Source: an uncultured delta proteobacterium
GTDB lineage: Bacteria > Desulfobacterota > Syntrophia > Syntrophales > UBA5619
Reading direction: 5' to 3'
NCBI GenBank assembly: GCA_963817385.1
Contig: CAWFOM010000005.1
Location: forward strand, 516,690-580,689
Length of the DNA: 64,000 nt
Below are positions 1 to 8,425 of the stretch, piece after piece. The notes below the pieces were generated by a model that made no database searches, was not told where the DNA came from, and was given only the letters and a program-made list of their open reading frames with translations. The translations under genes were made by a program, and so were the position numbers. The stretch's first letter is position 1. Every line of letters begins with the position of its first letter.

Positions 1-1237
1 GCACGGCCCGAACAAGGTGCTCCACAAGCTGGGAACTTCAAATCTGGTGAAGATCATCAACGCCCAAGGCATCCTGCCGACCCGCAATTTCCGCACCGGT
101 TTCTTCGAGGGGGCGGAAAAGATCAGCGGCGAGCGGATGGCCGAAACGATCCTGAAGAGCGAGGAAGGTTGCTATGCGTGCGCGGTGCGCTGCAAACGGG
201 CGGTGGAAATTCCCTCCGGCCCCTATGCGACCTCCCGCAAGTACGGCGGGCCGGAATACGAAACGCTGAGCTCCCTGGGATCGCTCCTGTGCATCGACGA
301 TCTGGCTGCCATCGCCAAGGGGAACGAGCTGTGCAACCGATATACGCTGGACACCATTTCCGCCGGCGTGGCGATCGGATTCGCCATGGAGTGCTACGAG
401 AAGGGCATCCTCACCAAGGCGGATACGGAGGGGATCGAGTTCACGTTCGGGAACCCCGAGGCGATGCTGAAGGGGATCGAGTGGATCGCCTTCCGCAAGC
501 CGGGGCTGGGCAATCTCCTCGCCGACGGCGTCAAGGCCGCAGCGGCCAAGCTCGGCAAGGGCTCGGAGAAGTTCGCCCTCCACATCAAGGGGCAGGAGCT
601 GCCCATGCACGACCCGCGCGGGAAGACCGGCCAGGGGTTGAGCTTCGCCGTTTCACCAACGGGAGCGGACCATGTGCGGGCCCCCCATGACACCCCGTTT
701 CAGGCCCCCGGACCCAATCTGGGGCGGATCGCCTCGCTCGGCCTCCTGGAGCCGGTCGATGGCCGGGAGATGGGGCCGCGCAAGGCCCGCAACTTCACCT
801 ACCTCCATTTCGTCTGGTCGCTCTACGAATCCCTGGGGGTGTGCAACTTTGTGGCCGGCCCGGTATGGGCGCTGACTCTTCCCAAACTCGTGGAGGTTGT
901 CCAGGCGGTGACCGGCTGGGAGACGAGCCTGTGGGAGCTGATGAAGGTCGGTGAGAGGACCGTGACCATGGCCAGGGTTTTCAATCTGCGCGAAGGGTTC
1001 GGGCGCAAGGATGACACCCTTCCGGAGAGGCTTTTCGAGCCCCTGGAGAGCGGCGCGCTCCAGGGCAAGGGGATTGATCGCCGGGCGTTTGAAGATCTCC
1101 TGACCCTCTATTATGAGGCGATGGGCTGGGATCCCGCGGACGGTGTGCCGACGAGAGGGAAACTCGCGGAGCTTAACCTGTTCTGGCTGGACGAGTTCGT
1201 GAAGGACAAGCGGCGGTCTTCAAAGGCAGGCGTATGA
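1..1237 (+). CDS. Aldehyde:ferredoxin oxidoreductase family (tungsten AOR/WOR), 5'-truncated by the window edge
   Basis: CYACAVRC Fe-S motif, GPEYET, DTIS, HDPRGK, GADH and YYEAMGWD..GVPT motifs typical of AFOR C-terminal domains; the frame is open from position 2. Confidence 0.92.
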   Translation, partial: HGPNKVLHKLGTSNLVKIINAQGILPTRNFRTGFFEGAEKISGERMAETILKSEEGCYACAVRCKRAVEIPSGPYATSRKYGGPEYETLSSLGSLLCIDDLAAIAKGNELCNRYTLDTISAGVAIGFAMECYEKGILTKADTEGIEFTFGNPEAMLKGIEWIAFRKPGLGNLLADGVKAAAAKLGKGSEKFALHIKGQELPMHDPRGKTGQGLSFAVSPTGADHVRAPHDTPFQAPGPNLGRIASLGLLEPVDGREMGPRKARNFTYLHFVWSLYESLGVCNFVAGPVWALTLPKLVEVVQAVTGWETSLWELMKVGERTVTMARVFNLREGFGRKDDTLPERLFEPLESGALQGKGIDRRAFEDLLTLYYEAMGWDPADGVPTRGKLAELNLFWLDEFVKDKRRSSKAGV

Positions 1238-1422
1238 TTGACCGGATGGTTTCAACGGTTATTGATGCGGAAAAATGTACCGGATGCGGCCAGTGCGTCC
1301 AGGTTTGTCCCTCGAGGACGATATCAATGCAGGGAGCAAAGGCCGTCGTAACCGGCGATCGTTCTCTTTCCGGCGGTCATTGTGCGGCGGTTTGCCCGGT
1401 TGACGCCATAACAGCCTGGTAG
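1234..1422 (+). CDS. Short 4Fe-4S ferredoxin-like protein (second cluster degenerate); possibly the truncated N-terminus of a ferredoxin-nitroreductase
   Basis: CTGCGQCVQVCP is intact; the second motif reads SLSGGHCAAVCP; start overlaps the AOR stop (ATGA). Confidence 0.7.
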   Translation: MIDRMVSTVIDAEKCTGCGQCVQVCPSRTISMQGAKAVVTGDRSLSGGHCAAVCPVDAITAW

Positions 1423-1436
1423 GGGATATCCGCATC

Positions 1437-3717
1437 ATGCTTGGTCGCCTGTTGTTCGCATCATTGCCCGTCCTGTTTTCTCTGACGCTGTTCATGAGTG
1501 CAGGCCTGCTTTTTCTTGTCGAGCTGATGATCGCAAAGATGATCCTCCCCCTGTTCGGCGGCACGCCTGCCGTCTGGAACACCTGCATGATGTTCTTCCA
1601 GGCAGTGCTTCTTATGGGCTACGGGTATGCCCATATCTCCGCCACGAAAGTCGCGATCTCCCGCCAGATCATCATTCATCTGGCAATCCTCGGTTTTGCA
1701 TGCATTGTGCTGCCGATAGCTATTCCGCGGCAGTGGGCGCCTTCCGCAGAGGGGAACCCGATCGGAGAGATCCTCCTGCTGCTCATAATCTCCGTCGGTC
1801 CGCCCTTTTTCGTCCTCTCCGCAACTGCGCCGCTGCTTCAGCGATGGTTTGCCCGCACCCGACATCCATCTGCCGGAGATCCCTATTTTCTTTACAGTGC
1901 GAGCAACCTTGGCAGCATGCTGGCCCTGATCAGCTATCCGACATGGGTGGAACCGCATTTCCGACTTGCCGCCCAAAGCCGCTCATGGACCATCGGATAT
2001 CTCATCATCTTGGCCCTCACCGTATTGTGCGCAGGCGTCACGATGAAGTACCCGTCGGTCTACCGGCCGGAGGGCGGAGAAAATGAAAAGGATGCGGCAG
2101 CAGCATGCGGCGCCGATGATTCCCGGCTTACGTACAAGGAGCGGAGCCGCTGGATCCTCTATGCCTTTGTGCCGTCGAGCCTGATGCTCGGGGTAACTAC
2201 CTTCCTCAGTACGGACGTCGCCGCAATCCCGCTCTTCTGGGTCATCCCGCTCGCTCTCTACCTGCTTTCTTTCATCATCGTCTTTGCCCGGGTTCCGGCC
2301 ATGGTCCACCGAGTGATGGTTCTGCTCCTGCCCGTCTCGATCGCCGTCCTGGTCTTCGTGAATTTCTCCGATATCGATATCCCGAAATGGGCGATGTTCA
2401 TCGTTCATCTCATGACCTTCTTTCTCACCTGTATGGTCTGTCATGGAGAGATTGCCCGAACGAGACCGGCGGCCCGGCATCTGACCGAATTTTATCTCTG
2501 GCTTTCCGTCGGCGGTATGGTCGGCGGCATCTTCAATTCGCTCATCGCACCGGCAGCCTTCAATACGGTTCTCGAGTATCCCCTGATCCTGATTCTCGCC
2601 GCCCTGCTCTTGCCGATCGAAAAGCGGAAAAGGGGACACGACATCAGAAATGGGCGGTTTATCCTCCTGTGCCTCGGAGTTCCCCTCGCGATTGTCCCGC
2701 TCACGTACTTTTCGACGGCAAACGGGTCCCTGGTCAGCGGAAGCCTCCCGTGGCTTTCCAGGTCTCCTGCACGTCACATCGAACCATCTCGATTTGATCG
2801 TGAGCTATGGATTTCCCGCTCTTCTGTGCTATGGATTGGTGTTCCTGCGAAAGCGGTTTCTCTTCGGCATCGGGATTGCCGCGCTGCTCATAACCGTCGT
2901 CGTCTCAAAAGACTTCAAGCGGGACATCGTACACCGGGAGAGGAGCTTCTTCGGAGTGCTGACGGTAACGCGGGACACCGACGGTACTTTCATGAATCTT
3001 ACCCACGGTACGACGCTGCACGGCAAGCAGTGGCTCAATCCGTACACCCGATCCGAACCTGTCTCCTATTATCATCGGCAGGGGCCCGTAGGGCAGGTAT
3101 TTTCCGAGTTCCAGGGGCGGAGAAAGAAAACCCGCATCGCCGTCACCGGCCTTGGCACCGGCAGCCTTGCCGCGTACGCGGGACCCGGCCAGGAGATAGA
3201 TTTCTACGAGATCGACCCGGCGGTAAAGAGGATCTCGACCAATCCTGCATATTTTTCCTTCCTGAGTGATTGCCGGGCCGGCTGGAAGGTCATCCTGGGG
3301 GACGCCCGGTTGACGATGGAGAAGGCGCCTCCCCATTCCTACGGCATCATCATCCTCGATGCGTTCAGCTCGGATTCAATCCCGGTGCATCTTCTTACCA
3401 AAGAGGCCGTGGAGATGTATTTTTCGAAGCTGAACAAGGGCGGGGTTCTGATGATTCATATCACGAACAGATATGTGGACCTCGCTCCGGTGCTGGCGAA
3501 GATAGCCGATGAAGGCGGTTTTGCCGACCGCCTCCGCGATGATGATTCGGATTATGAAATCGGCAAAGACGGTTCCACATGGGTTCTGCTCGCCAGAAAC
3601 GAAAATGACTTCGGCGGCCTTGCCGGGGACCCTGACTGGAAGAAGATCGAACGGAGCGAAACGGTCGATGGGTGGACGGATGATTTCTCAAACATTCTTT
3701 CGGTGTTCAAGTGGTAA
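1437..3717 (+). CDS. Fused multi-TM membrane / spermidine-synthase-like SAM-dependent methyltransferase, one frameshift near 2760
   Basis: ORF 1437-3269 has a TM region with LPLFGGTPAVWNTC and DPYFLYSASNLGS; ORF 2650-3717 has RSFFGVL, HGTTLHG, GLGTGSLA, YEIDP, LGDAR and DAFSSDSIPVHLLT. Confidence 0.88.
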
Positions 3718-3801
3718 GCCGCTGTGCAAGGTTCCCGCCGTTATGCTCTAGAAAAATGAGAATGCCTTCATGTAACAAAGCAAACGTTGATTTTGATAGG
3801 C

Positions 3802-4248
3802 TTACATCATTTCAATCGGGAATGAATGACGATCACCTTTATGGGGAACTTGAATATGTGTGGGATGGTTTGTGTAATCACCTTTGCTGCTCTCAAGCAA
3901 CATGTTTACCGTTTCCCTTAACGTGAAAACTGAAAATGGTTTAAGAATTAATATGATACCATTACGTTCACTAAATGACCTGACTTCTTGGTCTCTGCTG
4001 CCGGTCAAAAGTATCGAATGCGAATATATGTCACTGCTGGTCTCTCTGGCCCGTTCCAAGAATTCGATGCCTTTCATAACAGGCATATTATAATCGGTTA
4101 AGATGATGTCGAAACAGTGTGCTTTTACCAACGCCAGAGCGTCTTGGCCGTTTTTGGCAGTCAAAATGTCCGCATCATCACAAAACAAAATGTATAATAG
4201 CTCCCTGAGAGCGTCATCATCATCTACAACTAAATATGTTTTCGCCAT
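3802..4248 (-). CDS. Single-domain response regulator (receiver)
   Basis: LVVDDD, ILTDYNMPVMKG, LLTG and LKPF receiver motifs; ATG at 4248. Confidence 0.85.
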   Translation of the reverse strand: MAKTYLVVDDDDALRELLYILFCDDADILTAKNGQDALALVKAHCFDIILTDYNMPVMKGIEFLERARETSSDIYSHSILLTGSRDQEVRSFSERNGIILILKPFSVFTLRETVNMLLESSKGDYTNHPTHIQVPHKGDRHSFPIEMM

Positions 4249-4249
4249 A

Positions 4250-4423
4250 TTAATATTTCTCCCATGTCGTTCCAAAGAAGAGGATTTTGGATACGTCCCA
4301 TTGATCCATTCCGAAAATTTTATCTTTATACTTCTCTAACCCCTCTGATTTCTTCTGGTCATATCCCATCGTCTGAGCAATTTTTATAACTTCGTCATCA
4401 TCCAATTTGTCAATGTTAGTCAT
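4250..4423 (-). CDS. Small hypothetical protein (57 aa, MTNIDKLDDDEV...)
   Basis: GGAG RBS 8 nt before ATG at 4423; stop lies 1 nt before the receiver gene start; AT-rich. Confidence 0.5.
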   Translation of the reverse strand: MTNIDKLDDDEVIKIAQTMGYDQKKSEGLEKYKDKIFGMDQWDVSKILFFGTTWEKY

Positions 4424-4549
4424 GTTGTCATCTCCATAAACTGCTATTTTTAAGGATTGTGAGTTTAGATATCTTCCATTCTTTGATAATAACTTATTCT
4501 TGGGAGGTGCTGAAAACAATGTCTGTTGATAGTGAGGGTAACGGTAGGT

Positions 4550-4880
4550 CACATCACAGTTATGGAAGCGCTTCGGATCGAAAAGCTCCAGCATAAAGGT
4601 CGTGGCCACCACTTCACCGACCCCGGGAACGCTCTGGAGACACGTCAGGACATGGCCATGTTGCCGGGCCACCTGGCGCAACTGCGCGGCGAATGGCCAC
4701 ATGGATAGCTGCGCTTGTGGACGTCGATCCCTATGCTGAACGGATGCCCTTCAAAATCCTTCACAAACCGATCAATACTTGATACGCTTATTCTTACCAT
4801 GTTGGTCCTCCTTTCCTGGGTTAGCTGAAATCTCTTACAGGAGTCTCAGTCTATCACCCCAGCAGGTGGCCTACATGGTA
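4550..4880 (-). mobile_element. Internally deleted IS110-family transposase remnant with its upstream non-coding end
   Basis: ATG at 4800 after AGGAAAGGAGG gives MVRISV...SIGIDVHKRSY (DEDD N-terminal motif), joined out of frame to LQSVPGVGEVVATTFMLELFDPKRF (IS116/IS110/IS902 C-terminal HhH motif). Confidence 0.85.
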
Positions 4881-5109
4881 TTTTTGCACATTTTAACCGG
4901 CAATCTTCATTTTGCGTGGTCACCTCGGACTAAGGAGCAGTAGGTGTCGCCAATGACAATAATAATTCATCACCTCTCCGTAGAATCAGGGTATTGATAA
5001 GTAGTGAACGAGAGAGAAGTACACAAAAACCGGATGAATCAGAATTATGTACCTCTGATGATTGAATCGGTGCATCATCAAGATGAAGTGAGTATGATGA
5101 AAGTGAGTA

Positions 5110-5138
5110 TTGACAGAAAGAGAAATTGCTAATAAGCT
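5110..5138 (+). promoter_or_regulatory. Putative sigma70 promoter
   Basis: TTGACA-17 nt-TAAGCT upstream of the ORF at 5180. Confidence 0.5.
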
Positions 5139-5179
5139 GGTGCCGTTGCAAAATCTTGTTCCAATAACGGGAGGACTAT

Positions 5180-5611
5180 ATGAAAGAGACATCGCGGATC
5201 AGGGTTAATCCGGGCACCGGGGAAGTCGAGGTTGAAGGTTCGGAGAAGTTCGTCAAGACCTATTTCAACAAACTGCAAAAATTGCTATCCGGGCCATCGC
5301 AGAAGATGGCAAGAGAACCGAAAGCGGGGAAAGTCCGTCCTGCGAAAAAGACAAAACAAGATTCCAACGCGCGGAAGAAAATTTCCCGGAAAAAGGTCAA
5401 GCAGGCGGAAAGGAAAAGGACGGGGGGAAAGAAGCTCACCAATATCGATGCCGTTGTAACGCTGATCCAGGGAAGCGCCGAGGGGATTTCGACCACCGAG
5501 TTAAAGCAAAAGACCGGTTTGACCGACGTTCAGATCTGGAACATCGTGAATCGCACCGCTAAAGAGGGAAAGATCCGCAAGGTGAAGCGCGGATTGTATG
5601 CCGCCCTGTAG
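5180..5611 (+). CDS. Basic Lys-rich hypothetical protein with a probable C-terminal winged HTH
   Basis: GGAGG RBS; K/R-rich linker; C-terminus GISTTELKQKTGLTDVQIWNIVNRTAKEGKIRKVKRGLY resembles a wHTH. Confidence 0.7.
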   Translation: MKETSRIRVNPGTGEVEVEGSEKFVKTYFNKLQKLLSGPSQKMAREPKAGKVRPAKKTKQDSNARKKISRKKVKQAERKRTGGKKLTNIDAVVTLIQGSAEGISTTELKQKTGLTDVQIWNIVNRTAKEGKIRKVKRGLYAAL

Positions 5612-5705
5612 CGGGCTGGGGGAGACGACTCACTGGATCCGCTGAAGTTTTGCGGGGAAGGTGGATCGAGGCTGCCCATTATCGAGAGTCCGAAGTTGAT
5701 CAGAA

Positions 5706-6719
5706 ATGAAATCATGCATTGAGACCATTGCTCTTGTCGGCGCCGGCGCCCTGGGAGGCGCCTACGCAAGCCTGTTCCAGGCGATGGACAGCCACTGTGT
5801 CTCGTTTGTCGCCGGCGGCGATCGCTTTGAACGGCTGAGCCGAGACGGATTGATCGTCAACGGCAGGCGCTGCAACATCCCGGTTATCCGACCGGAAGAC
5901 CCCTCGCCTCCTTCCGATCTCGTTATCGTTGCGGTAAAACACCATCACCTGGAAGATGCCGTTCGGGAGATGAAAAACAGGATCGGACCGGATACGACAA
6001 TTATCTCCGTCATGAACGGCATCGAGAGCGAGGCGATGATCGGCGACGCATACGGGAGAGAAAAGGTCCTCACTGCCGTATCGGTAGGCCTAGACGCTTT
6101 GCGAGAGGGGAATCGCGTGAATTTCAAAAACCGGGGGCGGATCCTCTTTGGAGAGGCCCGGAATCCCGTTATCTCGGAGCGGGTCAAACGTGTTCAGGCC
6201 CTCTTTGACAGAGCGGGGATCATCCATGAAACACCTACGGACATGGTTCGCATCCTCTGGTGGAAGTTCATAATAAATGTCGGTATTAATCAGGCGTCGG
6301 CAGTGCTTCGCGCACCTTTTTCCGTCTTTCAAACCTCTCCGGAGGCCCGGGATCTCATGACGTCGGCCATGCGGGAGGTTATCCTGCTTGCCGAGAAGGA
6401 AAAGATTCCGTTCTCGGAAGAGGATATGGGAAACTGGGAGACGGTTCTGGCTGACTTGAACCCCGCAGGGAAAACCTCAATGCTCCAGGATGTCGAGGCC
6501 TGCAGGAAAACGGAAGTGGAGATGTTTGCCGGCAGGGTTATCGAGTTGGGCAAACGCCATCATATCCCCACACCGGTGAATCAGAAGCTGTTCGATTCGA
6601 TCAGAAAGATCGAAGTCGAAAATGAATCGGTTCAGAAGCATCGAGAGGAACAAGTCAGCTCGATTTGTCCTGCCCCGGTTCAACAGGATGAACGAGCATT
6701 TAAGGAGAGGAAGCCATGA
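5706..6719 (+). CDS. Ketopantoate reductase family (ApbA/PanE)
   Basis: GAGALG Rossmann motif, VAVK, MNG, WWKFIINVGIN, KTSMLQD, KTEVE. Confidence 0.9.
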   Translation: MKSCIETIALVGAGALGGAYASLFQAMDSHCVSFVAGGDRFERLSRDGLIVNGRRCNIPVIRPEDPSPPSDLVIVAVKHHHLEDAVREMKNRIGPDTTIISVMNGIESEAMIGDAYGREKVLTAVSVGLDALREGNRVNFKNRGRILFGEARNPVISERVKRVQALFDRAGIIHETPTDMVRILWWKFIINVGINQASAVLRAPFSVFQTSPEARDLMTSAMREVILLAEKEKIPFSEEDMGNWETVLADLNPAGKTSMLQDVEACRKTEVEMFAGRVIELGKRHHIPTPVNQKLFDSIRKIEVENESVQKHREEQVSSICPAPVQQDERAFKERKP

Positions 6720-7078
6720 AAGTTGTAAAGGTAAACCAGGTGCCCGCAGAAGCCTCCGGCGGGAAATTATTCACCGGACCCATAACGCGTCAAGCGATCA
6801 TAACGGACCAAGACAGCAACCAGTTCGCCGTTCACCAGGTTAATTTTGCTCAGGGCGTAAGAAATAAGTTTCACACCCATACCAATGATCAGGTGCTGAT
6901 CGTTACCTCCGGGAAAGGTATCTGCGCTACGGCAGATAAAGAAGTGACCGTTTTCCCCGGGGATGTCATTCTATTCCCGGCCGGGGAAAAGCATTGGCAC
7001 GGGGCAACGGTCGATTCCGCCTTTTCGCATATCTACATTACCGGTGCGGACACAACGACGACTCAGATTGAACAATAG
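6716..7078 (+). CDS. Cupin domain protein
   Basis: HTHxxDQ and FPAGEKHWHGA cupin motifs; ATGA overlap. Confidence 0.9.
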   Translation: MKVVKVNQVPAEASGGKLFTGPITRQAIITDQDSNQFAVHQVNFAQGVRNKFHTHTNDQVLIVTSGKGICATADKEVTVFPGDVILFPAGEKHWHGATVDSAFSHIYITGADTTTTQIEQ

Positions 7079-7189
7079 CGCCGACATCACCCGGTCTCGG
7101 CATGAGGGGCGTGAGCAAGCGAACAGCGAATATGGACATCATTCTGCAGAAGAACATGCATTCAGGCCTTGAATCTCAACAGCGGGCCT

Positions 7190-8425
7190 ATGAATAATAG
7201 TATACCATCCAATTACGGATGGGTGATGGTGGGAGTCCTCTGGCTGGTTCATGCGCTTGCGTTCATGAACATCTCCGGTTTGGGAATCCTGGCTCCTTTC
7301 ATAAAAGCGGATCTTCACCTTTCTTCGGTCGAAATCGGATTCCTGATATCCGCCCTGTCCATCGGGGCCTCGTTCAGCCAGATGCCGGCGGGGCTCATCA
7401 CGGATTTTGCGGGGGTCCGCCTGATGCTGACCTTGGCGGTCGGCATGCTTGGCTTCCTCCTTGCTCTGTTTTCCCTGACGCCTTCTTACTCGATCGCGCT
7501 GCTGATCCTCCTGATCTACGGTGCGGCAAACGGTATTGTCGGCCCCGCCACGAGTAAAAGCGTCCTGGACTGGTTTCCCTCGATCGGCCGGGCCACGGCC
7601 ATGGGGGTGAAGCAGACCGGGGTAAACTTCGGAGGAATCTTCGCCGGGATTCTCCTGCCGGCCCTGACGATTGCCATAACCTGGCGTGACAGCCTGCTTG
7701 CCGTGGGTGTGGGTGAAATGGCTTTGGCGTCCGTGATCTACTGGTTGATCAGGGAATCCCCGGTTCGGTCCGAAACCTCCCCAGCTCCCCTCGCCTGGAA
7801 AAAGATGTTTCACATGGCGATGCACCGGGATATGTTGATCCTGGGGGGAATCGCATTTTGCTTCATGGCAAGCCAGTTCTGTTTCTCCACCTACCTGATC
7901 CTGTTTTTGACCCAGGAAATGAATTACCCGATTATCCGGGCAGGTGAATACTTTGCCTTATCGTTCCTGATTGGTGCAGCCGGACGCATCCTGTGGAGCC
8001 TGGCCAGCGATTACTTTCTTGCCGGGCAAAGAAAGGGGATCCTGCGTCTGATTACCCTTATCCTGTTTTTTTCTTCCCTGATGTTGGGCGTGATCTCCTT
8101 CTTCCCCGCTTTTTCCCCGCTGCTCGTGACCGCCATCCTCGCCTTCGGGATCAGCGGGATCGGCTGGAACGCCATCTATCTCACCATGGTGGGAGAAGCC
8201 GTGGAAAAGGAATCGACGGGGCTGGCGACCGGCGCCTGCTACAGCTTCGGTTTTCTGGGGAGTTTGATCGCCCCTCCGCTGTTCGGTTTGCTGGTGGATA
8301 AAACGGACGGCTACGGTTATGCCTGGCTCCTTCCGGCCGTATGCGCCGGGATCATTCTTGTCCTTCTGAACTTCTACAAGGAGAAAAAAGCGCCCGTCAT
8401 TACGTCTTTTCCCCGAAGCCGGTAG
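7190..8425 (+). CDS. MFS transporter
   Basis: About 12 hydrophobic segments; GLITDFAGVR (motif A-like); WFPSIGRATAMG. Confidence 0.9.
   Translation: MNNSIPSNYGWVMVGVLWLVHALAFMNISGLGILAPFIKADLHLSSVEIGFLISALSIGASFSQMPAGLITDFAGVRLMLTLAVGMLGFLLALFSLTPSYSIALLILLIYGAANGIVGPATSKSVLDWFPSIGRATAMGVKQTGVNFGGIFAGILLPALTIAITWRDSLLAVGVGEMALASVIYWLIRESPVRSETSPAPLAWKKMFHMAMHRDMLILGGIAFCFMASQFCFSTYLILFLTQEMNYPIIRAGEYFALSFLIGAAGRILWSLASDYFLAGQRKGILRLITLILFFSSLMLGVISFFPAFSPLLVTAILAFGISGIGWNAIYLTMVGEAVEKESTGLATGACYSFGFLGSLIAPPLFGLLVDKTDGYGYAWLLPAVCAGIILVLLNFYKEKKAPVITSFPRSR

Noticed and set aside
4250..4702. 150-aa ORF as a real protein
   Set aside because: Chance in-frame join of an IS110 fragment, a spacer and a small ORF with its own RBS
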